Shown here piece after piece: positions 13,411 to 28,519 of a DNA stretch of 64,000 nucleotides. Source of the stretch: Eledone cirrhosa. Taxonomy: Eukaryota. The notes under the pieces are model-generated. The model ran no database searches. It was given only the letters and a program-made list of their open reading frames with translations, and was not told where the DNA came from. Each line of letters starts with the position of its first letter. The stretch's first letter is position 1. Where the stretch lies: contig OZ024742.1 in assembly GCA_964016885.1 (NCBI GenBank), forward strand, positions 248,868,001 to 248,932,000, given 5' to 3'. Position numbers and translations under genes: made by a program.

Positions 13411-13749
13411 TGGGACTCTCAATCTTTGGCTGTCTAAATCCAGATTTATCCTCACATAAAGTGGTTACATTCGATATTAAATATCCAGAACATTTGTATC
13501 AGAATAAAAGATATGATAATCATGGCTATAACCAACGATCACATATATGTTAAATCAAGGCTTACCTGAAGCGAAACAACACGTTTTACTGTTATTTAAA
13601 CGTATTTAAAATCTTATGCAGGCATGTGTCACTATATTCTACAATGATTCAATGGTTTCACGGTGTGTCATGGATAGTCGCAGGGTGTCATGCAGTGTCA
13701 AGGAACGTCACGGTGTTCTTTGAAGAAAATCACCGAATAATACTGCGTA

Positions 13750-13804
<55 letters not shown>

Positions 13805-13911
13805 GAGAGAACTCTCTTCCTACCCAATTTTCTACTGAAGAAGGGCTTATATATATATACACACACACACACTCATAAACATATCTATACACACACACAC
13901 ACGATAGCAAC

Positions 13912-14477
13912 TAACAGCGCTGCGATCGAATGTGGCTTTTTAGCCCAGCCAATGATCTAAAATGTCTTGCACAGAGTCGGCAACCAAAACATTCACTGGG
14001 AATAGCCGGCTGTGGTTGGAGTTCATGTATTTTGCATGTCGTTTGAACCCTCCTGCTGATTTACATTCTCTACCACATGTTTGGCAAGCATGATGAGTAG
14101 CATCTCCAACAGCAGCCTGGTAGTCAACCACTGGTCTTACGTTATGACTGCGAAGATGACTTTCGAGTCCAGCTTTGCTTAGGCAGAGTCTCGCACAGAC
14201 GCTGCATGTCAGCACCATAGGAGGACCCTCACCGTCTGGAAGTACAACAGCAATGCCCTTCCTCACATCCCGCTTTACTTTCTCGTATGCGATTCGAGAT
14301 GCCTCAAAGGCAACTTTTCCCTCATATACAGTCTTTCTCCATTTATTACGGTCAGCAGCAATATTTTCCCATGTATCAGCAGAGATGTTAGCGTCTTTCA
14401 GAGAGGCTTTCAAGGAATCCTTATACCTCTATTTTGGTTTATGTGGCGGTCGTTTTCTTTTAACTAACTCTCCATAA
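13912..14477 (-). mobile_element. RTE-clade LINE 3' fragment with C2H2 zinc-finger tail
   Basis: GELVKRKRPPHKPK*RYKDSLKASLK..TWENIAADRNKWRKTV..CSVCARLCLSKAGLESHLRSH..CQTCGRECKSAGGFKRH. A small snap-back hairpin sits at the 5' truncation (14461-14489). Confidence 0.9.
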
Positions 14478-15042
14478 AAGAGTTAGTTAATACATACATA
14501 CATACATACATACATACATACATACATACATACATACATACATACATACATGAATCATCTTCAGCCGCCAAATGAAGATAAAACTTAAAATCGTTAATAC
14601 ATAATTACACTAGTAATTAAGTAAATTTTAAATTTTTCGAGTATTTTTATTTAATGAAATATATTAATATGCTACTAACACCACCATCAACACCGACAGC
14701 AACAGCAACAAAAACAACACCATGTACATAACTAATTAATATCAGCTGAGACATGATGTATGGCACGGGTTGTAATGAGTTGAATATGAAATATTAGCAA
14801 ACTATAAGCATATCATGAAAATATGTAATATAATATAATATAGTATAATGTAATATATAATATAATATTAGATGGATTATGAACACAAGTTTAACTTAAA
14901 TATTTATAATATAATTACTAAAAGCAAATTAAACATTTTCGCAATTTTTAAATAAAGAAATATATACCGAAATAAACAAATAATTAATAAATATATAAGT
15001 ACACACACACACACACAAACACACACATATATATATATACAA

Positions 15043-15083
<41 letters not shown>

Positions 15084-15156
15084 CATACATACACACACAC
15101 AGACATATATATATCCTTCCGTTGGAATATATATAATAATGAAAACTTGACAAAAT

Positions 15157-15340
15157 AATTGTTTATACTTTAGGCACAAGGCCAGCAATAACAAGTACAT
15201 TACTGGTACTTTATTTTATGGACCCCGTAAGGATGAAAGGCAAAGTTAACCTCGGTGGGATTTGAACTCAGACTGTAAAGGGACGTAACTATGCTAGAAA
15301 ACATGGCGTCCAACCTTCTACCGATACAGCCAAATCACCG
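15157..15340 (-). mobile_element. tRNA-derived SINE
   Basis: Consensus match; TSD GACAAAATAAT. Confidence 0.9.
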
Positions 15341-15818
15341 GACAAAATAATGTTGGCTCATCATTTGCTTGTAGGATACTTAGTTGGTCTAGGAACTTAC
15401 TCTGTTTATAAGGCCGTTCGTCAGCCAAAATGTTCGTAACCGAAGCAATGTCTCCTATACGAAATGCTGAGAGAGAAATACAATGAGAGACATTGTAAAA
15501 GACAGATAGATATCACCATAATAATTAACTACACCGCCATGACGCTTTCCCGACGATACTCCATATGGGTTGCCGGCGTTTGTGTCCGTTAATTGAACGT
15601 TTTATATTGACGGTATTTCTTGCTAATTGATTGGTGATTACTTTCGCAGTCGAAATCTTCAATTAATAAACAGAGGTGTCAGCTGGAATAAGCATTGGAC
15701 GTCAGTATACCTTTCCTAGTATGATATGGGTTCATGAAGTCAATGTATGATGGAGTATTAGTATAATGTTCAAGTAGAAAGCAGTAAGGATTTATTTCGC
15801 CGCCATTATACTTATTAA

Positions 15819-16009
15819 GGGCGTTGGATTGGCAGTATCGGTAGAGGGTGTGACGCCATGCTTTGCAGCAAAAAGTTACAGCCCTTTATGGCCTCAGTTC
15901 AAATCCTGTCGAGGTTAACTTTACCTTTCATCCTTACGGGGTCGATAAAACAAAGCCCCAGTAATACACTGGGATAATTGCTGGCCTTGTGCCAAAAGTA
16001 GAAACAATT
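15819..16009 (+). mobile_element. tRNA-derived SINE
   Basis: A/B boxes, core and tail; TSD ATTATA(C/T)TTATTAA. Confidence 0.9.
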
Positions 16010-16057
16010 ATATTTATTAATCAATAGTTGTAATATGTATTTCCATTGTGTATGCGT

Positions 16058-16575
16058 GTTGCTACATAATTGTAAACCACACAGATACAGTTTCGTCAGG
16101 CAACCTTAACTTGAATTTTTCGGGAATATATCAACTGCTTAGTTCTCGTTGTTGATTCTCTACCACATGGTTGTGAAATCCTATCTGTCCGGTTAACGAT
16201 TATATAACAACACACTTTCAAGATCGTGTGATACAGTAATACCATTGTAAAACTGCTAGAATGGTGTGCCAGTATCTGAGTAGCTTCTAAGATGTGACAT
16301 GTATTGATAGATTTCACACTGCTACCAGCAGATTTCCATATGCTACCAGCTCGAATTGCTTATACAAAACCTATTAGGAGCACTTACATCTTGCGGATGA
16401 CTGTACATTAGACGTTGCATTAGAAACCTTTACGATCCGGGAAATATACCAATGCTCTTCCCTTCGTAATTCATTGCTCTTGTTATCTATTGTAATTGGC
16501 TTACATACTATCAAGAGTTTATTCTCTCTAATATCGTAATTAAGTCCATTCTAATGCAAAGACATTATTTCTTGA
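16058..16575 (-). mobile_element. Old Penelope-like 3' remnant with a degenerate HHR
   Basis: Peptide NGLNYDIRENKLLIVCKPITIDNKSNELRREEHWYI aligns by eye with the PLE EN tail at 55397-55612. The relic at 16058-16104 reads GTTGC-CTGACGA-stem II-TACA(for GAAA)-ATTATG-TA-GCAAC. Confidence 0.5.
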
Positions 16576-16578
16576 ATT

Positions 16579-16766
16579 GGGGCGGTGGATTGGCAGTATC
16601 GGTAGAGGGTCGGACGCCATGCTTTCCAGCATAGTTACGTCCCTTTACGATCTGAGTTCAAATCCCACCGAGGTTGACTTTGCCTTTCATCCTTACGGGG
16701 TCCATAAAATAAAGTACCAGTAATGCACTAGGTTATTGCTGGCCTTGTGCCTAAAGTAGAAACAAT
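16579..16766 (+). mobile_element. tRNA-derived SINE (near consensus)
   Basis: GGGGCGGTGGATTGGCAGTATCGGTAGAG..GAGTTCAAATCCC..; TSD ATTATTTCTTG. Confidence 0.92.
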
Positions 16767-17250
16767 TATTTCTTGCATCATTGAAGGTATAGGGATTACT
16801 TCTTATATTTTCGACTTCTGTTGCCATGAAGTTTTATTTATATACAGATATAACATATTTTGTTTTGGCGCTGTTGTGTAGGGCGAGGGATCGCTAGACA
16901 CCAGGTAATTTATAACACTTGGTCAATGCTTAAAATAATAATGCTATGGACAGGTACGACAATAAGTGGGGGAAATGAAAATATTTAAACCTATCTTTAG
17001 AGTTATTAGCTGTTCCAACGAGGAGCATTGTAGTTGATTCGAACAGACACGTCCTGAAATCAACGTGCAAATCGATGACCATTTTATAGGCAAGTTTACT
17101 TTTAACGTTATTATGGTCAACGTGAAAGAATGTATGACAAAGCCATTCCTTTTAATAACAAATTTGACTAATTTTCTCTCGTTGAGTAAACTGGAGCAAT
17201 GTGAAGTAAAGTGGCTTTACTTCACATTGCTCCAGTCCATATACATACAT

Positions 17251-17330
<80 letters not shown>

Positions 17331-17390
17331 ATGTATGTATTTGATTAAGTATACATACACACACACAAACACACATACACAAACACACAA

Positions 17391-17444
<54 letters not shown>

Positions 17445-17445
17445 G

Positions 17446-17500
<55 letters not shown>

Positions 17501-17501
17501 G

Positions 17502-17570
<69 letters not shown>

Positions 17571-17576
<6 letters not shown>

Positions 17577-18234
17577 AAGTAAGTCCTTCATCAGTGGCCC
17601 TCCAACCGTCCTAGGCATTTCATCGCTTTAAGGGCCATATACCTCAGGTTGGTGCGAACAACGGCTAAAAAAAGTCGTTGGGACACGTAAATAAAGGGGA
17701 CGTTAGGGTGAACAAACAAAATGGTTTAAGCAACAGAAACTGAGAAGAAAGAGACAAGTCCCAGATTTCTATGAATATAAACTCGGTGAAATCGTGAACA
17801 AGAGACAAAAGACCATCAAACCTGGTTGAAATGTGAGCAAGGAAGGAATTTCGCACAGGTCTAACGGGGGGAAGAAGAAAGGGTCTGGCCTGCGAATTCG
17901 GTAAACATAAGTTCTGTGAAGTCGCAGACGAGAGAGAGAGAGAAAAAAAATTCATACCGGCTTGACCAAGAGTGCGCGAGAAAAGAAATCGGACAGGTCA
18001 AACGGGAAGAAAGAGGAGGAAAGAGGAGGAGGAGGAGAGGTAGTGACAGAGAATGAGTGAGTGAAAGTTGAGGAGGTGGCTAACAGAGAAAGAGACTGCT
18101 AGAAAGGGTAAAGATACAAAGAACGAAACAGACGGGTGGCAGCAGAGGAAAAAATATATGTGTAAATATGATAATAATGGAGCTGCGGCGTTGCAAATGG
18201 GTTACATATGAAAAAGTAAGTCCTTCATCAGTGG

Positions 18235-18238
<4 letters not shown>
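17571..18238 (-). mobile_element. Family F: 668-bp non-coding element in (TA)n with 31-bp terminal direct repeats containing CTGATGA
   Basis: ATGAAAAAGTAAGTCCTTCATCAGTGGCCCT occurs at 17571-17601 and 18208-18238. A related fragment lies at 33639-33750. Confidence 0.75.
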
Positions 18239-18291
<53 letters not shown>

Positions 18292-18295
<4 letters not shown>

Positions 18296-18514
18296 GGAGT
18301 TTTATTATAGCACAATAAAGCAATGGAAATATCGGATAAGTAGCACTCAACAATTTATAGGACTGGAGTATAAATAATATAAAATCAAAAGATGGTTAAA
18401 AGAGTTCCATGTATTTTATTATGCGCATTTCAAAAACAAATATCGTCATGGGATGATATTTGTTTTTGAAATGCGCATAATAAAATACATGGAACTCTTT
18501 TAACCATCTTTTTG

Positions 18515-18520
<6 letters not shown>
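18292..18520. mobile_element. Fold-back of the Penelope (family A) terminus, turning in HHR stem II
   Basis: Homologous to 27832-27990. Arms 18379-18445 and 18453-18521 are centred on AAACAAATATCGTCATGGGATGATATTTGTTT. Confidence 0.9.
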
Positions 18521-18554
<34 letters not shown>

Positions 18555-18556
<2 letters not shown>

Positions 18557-18841
18557 ATGGAAACTTGGTTAACGAACTTTATTCGTCCCTGACGCACGTT
18601 TGTCACCTGAAATCTTCCTCAACTGAAGCTATTTTCCATACAAAATATTGATAAAGAAATACAGTGATAGAGAGAGTGAGTGTGGAAAACAGATAGGTAT
18701 TTACTAACTTCACAGCAAGGGACGCTTTTCCGCCGATAATCCCAGCTTGTCGCCAACCGTTGTTGTTGGTTTGCATGTTCGTTACTCGAGACACCCTAGC
18801 GAAGTGAGACGTTTCATGTTCGGAAAACCGAGGTTCCAATA
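18555..18841. mobile_element. Tc1/mariner-pogo (Tigger-like) MITE
   Basis: Imperfect TIRs CAATGGAAACTTGGTTAACGAAC / GTTCGGAAAACCGAGGTTCCAAT, in a TA context. Confidence 0.65.
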
Positions 18842-19088
18842 TATATATATATATATATATGTTCAGAAGATCCCGTTAAGGGTGAAAGCAGTGATTCTTT
18901 GCTTAAAGGTTAATCCGTTATTTAATAAATATTTGTTCTAGGGTTCTTATATATTTGATATATATTTATTTATCCTTATCGACACCCCTTTGGATTTTAG
19001 TCTTCACATTTATTATTATTACTATATATATATATATAGGCTCTGATACCATCAACACCATAAACACAGAGCTGGCATATCTAAGAAC

Positions 19089-19152
19089 TTACTAACAGCC
19101 TGATGAGTTCATAGCCATTCAATGGCTACCATCGAAATATATATAGCAGTAA
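19089..19152 (+). ncRNA. Type I hammerhead ribozyme motif (partly degenerate helices)
   Basis: CAGC-CTGATGA(19100)-...TAGCCATT/AATGGCTA...-GAAA(19134)-TATATA-TA-GCAG. Confidence 0.6.
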
Positions 19153-19171
19153 ATAAAGGATTATGAGTTCA

Positions 19172-19355
<184 letters not shown>

Positions 19356-20020
19356 GGAAAAGATTCAGGATCCCGACGGCTGAACTCCGGTCGTTTCGAC
19401 AGCTAGATCCAAACGCTGTCGGATCTAGCTGTCGAAACGGCCGGAGCTCAGCCGTCGGGGTCCTGACTCTTTTCCTATTACCCACTCTACTACCCTAAGT
19501 ACCGAGTATTCTGGTGCATTATGGTCCACTTGGTATCTTACCACACTTTCTTTGTTATATATATATATATATCTGTGTGTGTGTGTGTGTATGTATATAT
19601 ATACATATATATATATGTGTGTGTCTATATGTGTCTCTCTTTCTGTGAATCTATCTATGAGATCAGAGGAATAATCTAATGTCAGTTGAAAAGGTAATTA
19701 GCATCAGTAGTGAGTTAATATAATCAGCTTACACATAATATGATGATGACATCATATTTATTCATTTACTGTCTGTCACTGATAGCATAAAGTATTCATA
19801 AACATTATTGCATATTACTGTGTGAGGAATAGTGTGTATAACTGTACATAAAGTATAACTGTACATTAAGTACCCACACCTCCACACACGCCCACACACA
19901 TATATACATACACATGTGTCTGTGTGTGTGTGTGTGTATATATATATATTTACACACACACATACAGATGCACATAAATACACACACAAACATATATATG
20001 TATATATATATATGTGTGTG

Positions 20021-20123
<103 letters not shown>

Positions 20124-20158
20124 CAGTGTGTGTCTGTGTGCATCTGTATGTGTGTGTG

Positions 20159-20193
<35 letters not shown>

Positions 20194-20194
20194 T

Positions 20195-20241
<47 letters not shown>

Positions 20242-20258
20242 GCATATATATATACACA

Positions 20259-20293
<35 letters not shown>

Positions 20294-20328
20294 TAACACA
20301 CACACATACAGATGCACACAGACACACA

Positions 20329-20389
<61 letters not shown>

Positions 20390-20893
20390 ACCTACACTTG
20401 TAGATATACCACTAATTCAAGTGCATCAGATGTGTGATTTTGCGTATGTTTGTCTGTGTAGTTAGTGGCTGAATGTGTGTCTGTATGTGTGCGTTTATGT
20501 GTGTGTTGCCACACAGATGAAAGGCAGTCGTGAGGAGAGAAGAACGCGGATGAGGAAATATTACAATTAAATACTTTTAAATTTTCCGAATTATATTTAC
20601 ACATTTACAAACATGTGATAAGTCCGAAAAACTCAACAGAAACACATAAGGCAGTCGATCGGCGAGATACAGGGTTCAAGTCACATATGCGGTTCTGTTA
20701 AGCTTTTACTTCTTATTGACGTGCTTGTATATATATATATATATATATATCAATTTAATCGTACATAGTACAGCATTTTCTGTGTTTAGATTTCAGACAA
20801 ATAATATTAAGAGCTTTGAAATTATACACTTTTATGTTTATATAATTTCATTTACCAAAACGATGTTTCTATAACAACAATACTATTAATAGT

Positions 20894-21108
20894 AATTGTT
20901 TCTACTTTAGGCACAAGGACAGTAGTTTGAAGGGAAAGTGGATTAAATCGACGCTAGTACGTTACTGGTGATTTATGTTATCAACCCCGTAGTGATGAAA
21001 GGCAAAGCTAAACTTGGCAGGATTTGAACTCAGAGCGCAAAGGACCGCAACTCTATGCCACAAAGCATGTTGTCCGACGCTCTACCGACTCTGCCAATCC
21101 ACCGCCCT
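20894..21108 (-). mobile_element. tRNA-derived SINE (longer tail variant)
   Basis: Consensus match with a TSD-like CAATACTA. Confidence 0.85.
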
Positions 21109-21562
21109 CAATACTACTATTATTAATGATTTGTAATTTTGACATAAAGCCAGCAGTTGAGAATGGATGCGTGTAAATGCATTCCCATCCTCATAGTACT
21201 TGACTGCTAATTTATTTTATTTTATCTAACACGGAATAATGAATGGCAAAGTTAACTCAGAACGTAGAGAGATGTAACAAAAGATATGAAGAATGTTGTC
21301 CGACACAGTTAGCCCATTAAACGTTAAGGCCAATACTGGATTCCAAATTAGACACTAGGCCAATAAATAAGAGGAGAATAAAGACTATTATACTTTATTT
21401 ATCGAACCCAAATGTATAGCAATATTGAACTATGTGTGATTTGAACTGTAAACATAAAACGTTAGAACTAAATTCTTGAAACCTAAAATACATTTATATT
21501 TATGTCTAATATAGAAGTTAACATAACCAACAGAAATTTAATTGTATTATAGTTTATCAATA

Positions 21563-21752
21563 GCGGGTGGTGCATTAGCAGTACCGGTAGACGGTCAGAC
21601 ACCATGCTTTCCAGCATAGTTACGTCCCTTTACGATCTGAGTTCAAATCCCGCCGAGGTTGACTTTGCCTTTCATCCTTACGGGGTCGATAAAATAAAGT
21701 AGCAGTAATGCACTGAGTAATTGCTGGCCTTGTGCCTAAAGTAGAAACAATT
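21563..21752 (+). mobile_element. tRNA-derived SINE
   Basis: Consensus match; TSD ATTATAGTTTATCAA. Confidence 0.92.
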
Positions 21753-22691
21753 ATAGTTTATCAACAGCAGAATTAATGTAGTGCATATGCCTGGAGATAT
21801 TTCAATTATTTATCTTTTCGTTGGTTTTCTCTGGTTAGCTACTATATCCATGGTCGTTGTTTGACCTACCTTTACTATCAAGGTTTGTCCTGCGGGAAGT
21901 GATTGTGACCTTTGTTTTCATTGACCCTGCTAGTCTGCTGATTTTCCACATGAACATCAGGAAAAAAAGTAGATCGGAATGAAAATTTCAGAGCGTAAAG
22001 ATTAGTGCGGTGTTGGAAAGTAGAAAGAACATAGTTGATGTGAGTGAGATAGACGGATGAGTTGGACGAAACTGAATGAACATAAAACGAGAGTAGAAAG
22101 CACTGTAGTTGCAGAGGCTACAATATATCTGTGTGGCAGAGGCTGAAGTGTATGGCTGGAGGAGAACGCTGCCTAGTTACAGAGGCTTGGGCATTTCTTG
22201 AGAAAGATAGTACGTCTGCAAGCCAGATGTAATTGTATTTGAGAGAGGGACAACACCTGTAAACCAAAGGACTTACATTAAATAAAGCAGGTCTGAGTTT
22301 CGATTACAATGTTAAATTATATAGCATCTATCACCCAAAAATTAAAGATATTTTTTTTATATCTAAAGATATAAATTATGTTTACGAATGAACATTTGAA
22401 ATGTCTTCTAGCTATGAATATTGAAAAGTTAACGGCTAGTGAAGTCTAGTGAATTCCAGTAGAAGTAAAGGGGTCACTGCCATAGTGAATATGGCCGTCA
22501 TCGGGACAGTGCTTTTCCTGTTCTCAGGAGAAAATATATAGTATTTTCGCCTATGTAGATGGGCTGATTAACCTTATTTGCATATGAAGCTGTCAATATT
22601 CAAAGCTAGAATGCTATACAAATGTTTATTTGTAAACATACCTCATATCATTATATGTATACAACTATGCTGGACTCAAAACTTTAATTTT

Positions 22692-22754
<63 letters not shown>

Positions 22755-22759
22755 CGTGT

Positions 22760-22959
<200 letters not shown>

Positions 22960-23063
22960 TACAATCATCTTGCATCGCTATTTCTTTTCAGAAAGATTTC
23001 GTGGGTTTTTGTTTTCGGTATTTAATATTGATTTATATATATATATATATATATTAATTTCAG

Positions 23064-23181
23064 GATGTTTGTGAACACGAATGGAGGCGATCTCGTTTGG
23101 AAATCGAATGCGCCAAAGGAGACGGACTAGATTTTATAGCCCCTAGAGGAAGCGGATGCAGTCCATTTCCAAGAGGACAAC
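23064..23181 (+). CDS. Putative internal exon (phase 0 to 1): DVCEHEWRRSRLEIECAKGDGLDFIAPRGSGCSPFPRGQ
   Basis: Acceptor AATTTCAG, canonical donor C|GTAAGT, 118 bp open frame, GC-richer than the flanks. Phase-compatible with 12407 and 34582. Confidence 0.8.
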
Positions 23182-23975
23182 GTAAGTAGTGAGACTTTTC
23201 TATTTTAGATTTCATACGTTAGTGTAAATCTTATGTGGTCTAGTCAATGAAGAGAAACGTCAACTGTCATGGCCTTTTTCGTGAAATCAGCCACTGGCAG
23301 GAGAAAGGTTGAACAAATTTAAACTTGTGTGGTTCACTTAAATGCCTCTAAATGATGAAACACAAAGTTGACTACAATGCTTTTTGACCTTAGACTGCAG
23401 TAAAGCTGAAAAAATACGATGAAGCATTTCGGCCGATGCTAAAATAATTCCAATCCACTGCCCAGAGACGGGTGTGGAAAATGTCCAAACAATCTACAAT
23501 TCGTGGTTTAAGCCGAGTAGACAACAGTACCGCAAGATATTGAAATATACACAAAGTAGGGACATGGCCTGGAAAATTTCGAAAGTCCTTAACTCTGAAA
23601 ACTCAGACAAAAGCTAAGTAAGGATATTAAATCAAACAAGGGAACAACTGTATCAATATCATCGAACAATAAATACGGTCCGTAACACAACTTTGACTGG
23701 GTTACTACCTACAACATTCAATTCAGGACTATTTGGGCATTACATATGTTCTTATACACGAGATATAGTCGATGTATCATGCAATAGAATCGCATGCAGA
23801 ATTAGCTTCATATAAAGAGAACAACTTAACTACTGTACGTAGCTTCGTCAATTCTGTGCATTTAAAGCAGAAGCTGATCCCTAGATGTATGGTAACGGAG
23901 CCCAGGGTCTCAGATAAGCGCTATCCCACACAGAGTTTCTTAGTACAAGTATACACACGCACACAAATGTGCGTG

Positions 23976-24042
<67 letters not shown>

Positions 24043-24535
24043 CATAAAAAGAGAAAGAGAGAGATAGCGAGAGTGAGACATTATATGCATACATGTGGGT
24101 GTAGGTATGTGTGTGTTTGGGTATATACACATACACACATACACATGCATACATATATATATATGAAATCACAGAGGACTTGGGTAGAAGAAAGTGGTGG
24201 AAAGATGGCGAACTTGTAAAGCTGCCAACTTCAAAGTATAAATGATAACTTGAAATAAGAAAAAAAAAACAATAATAATTACATCTGCCACCACCACTGA
24301 CAACACTGCAGACACGTGTTCAATTCTTTCTCATGTAATTATTATTATCATTACTATTATTGGTAGTAGTATTATTACCATTATTATTGGTAGTAGTAGT
24401 AATTTTGTTGCTATTGTTGTTGTTATGGGTGTTTGAGTTGTTTTGTATAGCTTTTGCGAAATTTTCACCTTTCTAAACTCATCCACCTTAGTGAAATAGT
24501 TTACTTATTGATCTATACACCAAATTACATACACA

Positions 24536-24640
<105 letters not shown>

Positions 24641-24720
24641 TCACACACACACGCGCGCATACATATGAATATCTGTATATGTGTATGGTTGTGACTATGA
24701 ATGCATGTGGGTGTATATAC

Positions 24721-24783
<63 letters not shown>

Positions 24784-24794
24784 CGATTGTATAC

Positions 24795-24877
<83 letters not shown>

Positions 24878-24958
24878 CGTGTGTGTGGGTGTGTGGGTGT
24901 ATGTATACATATACATATACACTTATATATATATATACATATTATATACATATACATA

Positions 24959-25093
<135 letters not shown>

Positions 25094-25501
25094 TGTGTGT
25101 GTATGTGTGTATGTATCTATAGAGATATAGTTATATATATATACAGTAGATATATATATATTTATATATATTTATATATAGATATATACACATAGTGTGT
25201 CTGTATTTATATACGTATATATGCGTACTATTATTCTGTAATGTGAGTGCGTGTGCGCGTGTGTTTTGCACGGATATTCCAATGTCATTTAAGTCTGTTT
25301 CAGCAACCATTGGTGCACTACAAAATGGTCACCACACACAGTAACACGGTAACTAGAACCTAACTTTCACTTAACTACCTCCCTTTTACTCTCGCCGCCT
25401 CTCTCTCTCTCTCTTCCTCTCTATCGCCGCCCCTCTCCCATACTCTCTATCTATCTATCTATCTATCTATCAATCTATACCTATATCTGTATACATATAT
25501 A

Positions 25502-25635
<134 letters not shown>

Positions 25636-25638
25636 TGT

Positions 25639-25739
<101 letters not shown>

Positions 25740-25846
25740 TATATAGTCACTTATATATTATGAAATACTGTTGGCTTCTTGCTCACATTAATTTCTATAT
25801 TTTTATTTATATATAATATATATATAGATATAGATATATATACATA

Positions 25847-25894
<48 letters not shown>

Positions 25895-25905
25895 CATATA
25901 TATGT

Positions 25906-25971
<66 letters not shown>

Positions 25972-26665
25972 TTATATATATATATATATATATATTTATA
26001 TACATTTATATTTATAGATATATAGATATATTTAAATATGTATATATATACAGAGAGAGAGAGAGCGAGAGGGTTATAGGTATGTGTGTGTGTGTGTGTG
26101 TGTATACACTCACCGACATGTTGAATACTGTTGGGTAAACACCTGTTAAAATGTAATTTATCTATTAAAAAAATAATAGCAACAAAAACCTCATCGATTG
26201 ACTGAGGCTAAATTTTAATAATTTACAATAAGAAACAACAACAACAACAACAACAGCAACAGCTATAAGTATAACAATGCCAGCTACAAGAACAACAACA
26301 CCAATATGACTAACAATGCCAACAACAATAACAATAATAGCAATATGAACAACAACCAGAAATTGTTTTATTTGTATCTTTTATAATCTATTTCTTTGAA
26401 TCTTCTAAATATCTGTCTTATTGTTGTAACACTTGTTGCTGTTCTGATTGTTGTTAAAGAAGTTGATTTTTTGTTGTTTTTGTAATTCCTATTGCTTTTG
26501 TTTTTGTTGGTGGTAGTGTTATTTTTACTGATGATGTTATCTTCTGTTCAAAGAATTCCTCCTATTTCGTCTTCGAACCGACATTATCTAGGGTTCTTGA
26601 AGTATATTTATATTTCACACTGATTTGAACGGACACACACACACTCACACACACGCACAAAGAGA

Positions 26666-26725
<60 letters not shown>

Positions 26726-26789
26726 GAGACGTACACACTCGCACATACATATACACTATCATTCCGACACAAACACAAAATGTGTGTAA

Positions 26790-26863
<74 letters not shown>

Positions 26864-26930
26864 GAGTATCCCGAGTTCAATCGAGGGAATCACTGTAAGT
26901 AAGGTACTTAATACGTAGTACGGTATAAAC

Positions 26931-26982
26931 GGCTTGTTTGATGATTTCATTCGAATGAAACAGTTCTAGTCCTGTAAAAGCC
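26931..26982 (+). ncRNA. Type I hammerhead motif, family G (other copies 45586-45637; degenerate about 58527-58575)
   Basis: GGCTTGT-TTGATGA-TTTCATTCGAAT-GAAA-CAG(TTCTAGTC)CTG-TA-AAAGCC. Stem III has a full loop, and position 3 is U. Confidence 0.7.
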
Positions 26983-27013
26983 CTTTCTATATTAAATACA
27001 TATATGTGTATAC

Positions 27014-27121
<108 letters not shown>

Positions 27122-27704
27122 GGTCCTTATCGAGTTTGGCCATTATACCATTATTAATAATTATTAATTAATTCTGTCGTGCAATGCCTGTGCATTAAGA
27201 CATTTTTTAAAGTGAGGAAAGACTGTGCACTGAGCCAATCCCACTCTTTGAGCAACAGTAGTTATAACCCGAAAAGAAGAAAAGATCAACATCATCAGTA
27301 ACTACTGAGCCGCAGGTTTTATATCGGAGTTATTCCAGTTTCCTGAGTTGCCTTCTCCTAGAAGAATGCCCTGACAAAGGCTAGGGGGTCCTTCACTCCC
27401 CGTGGTTTAATCGCGCGATCGGCTGTCCAGCCCGAATATTTCTATGTCCCCGCGCATATACATACACATACACCCATGTATATATACATATAAATACATA
27501 TGTACATGTGTATATACATATTTACACACTTTTGGATATCGCGTCACTCTTGAGTGCTACTGGTAACATGTAACCCAGTACAACCTGTTGCGAGGTCGGA
27601 TCGTCGGCGACTAAACAGGCAACCCCGCCAAGTTTACTTGGTGAGGAGGGTGATTTTGGACACCCTGCAGGACAAAAAGCAAAACCTGACAAAGGGCGGA
27701 AGAA

Positions 27705-27834
<130 letters not shown>

Positions 27835-27955
27835 GCAGGTGAGTTTTATTGTAGTACAATAATGCAATGCAAATATCGGATAAGTAGCACTCTACAGTTT
27901 GTAGGACAGGAGTATAAATAATATAAGATCAAAAGATGGTTGAAAGAGTTCCAAG

Positions 27956-28026
27956 TATTTTATTATGCGCATTTCAAAAACAAATATCATCATGAGATGA
28001 TATCTGCGTTTTCATCAGATAAAATA
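27956..28026 (-). ncRNA. Intact minimal type I HHR in the inverted Penelope terminus
   Basis: Reverse complement of 31821-31891. Confidence 0.9.
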
Positions 28027-28519
28027 GGGATACATGATATGAAGGTTAAAAAACACTTGTGAATAGTGAAGTTTTAAATCAACATATGAAAAATAATTTA
28101 AGATTGATGTGTGATATTGGGAAAAAGTGAGGGGGCATTGGAAAGGGTAAGGAAGAGGAGATGATGAGAGTAAAGAATGGTGGAGGAAGAGTATAAGAAG
28201 GAAGGATGAGAGAGGAGGAGAGATGTGTGACAGAGAGAGAGAGATAGCCTTAACAACTGAGAAAAATATATATTGTCTCACAGAGAGAAGTTAAAAAGCC
28301 GTTGGAAGATAATAGATAATTTCAAATTCTTTTAAATTAAAAGTTGATGAAGAGAAAAAGGGGGTTAAGAATAATATTAAATTAAGGTTTGTATATTGAA
28401 GGGTTTAATAATATGTGCGAGGAAAAGAAATTGTTAATATGTATTATTAAAATTAAAATATTAGTGTTATTAAGGATATAATGTGAAAAGAAATAGAAAA
28501 CTAATAATTTATATGGTAT

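Noticed and set aside
16579-16670. tRNA gene
   Set aside because: A/B boxes are present but they are the head of a SINE with core, tail and TSD, and there is no clean cloverleaf.
27256-27307. CTGATGA (minus strand) inside a 9-bp stem
   Set aside because: No GAAA or stem II partner, so it is not a hammerhead as written.
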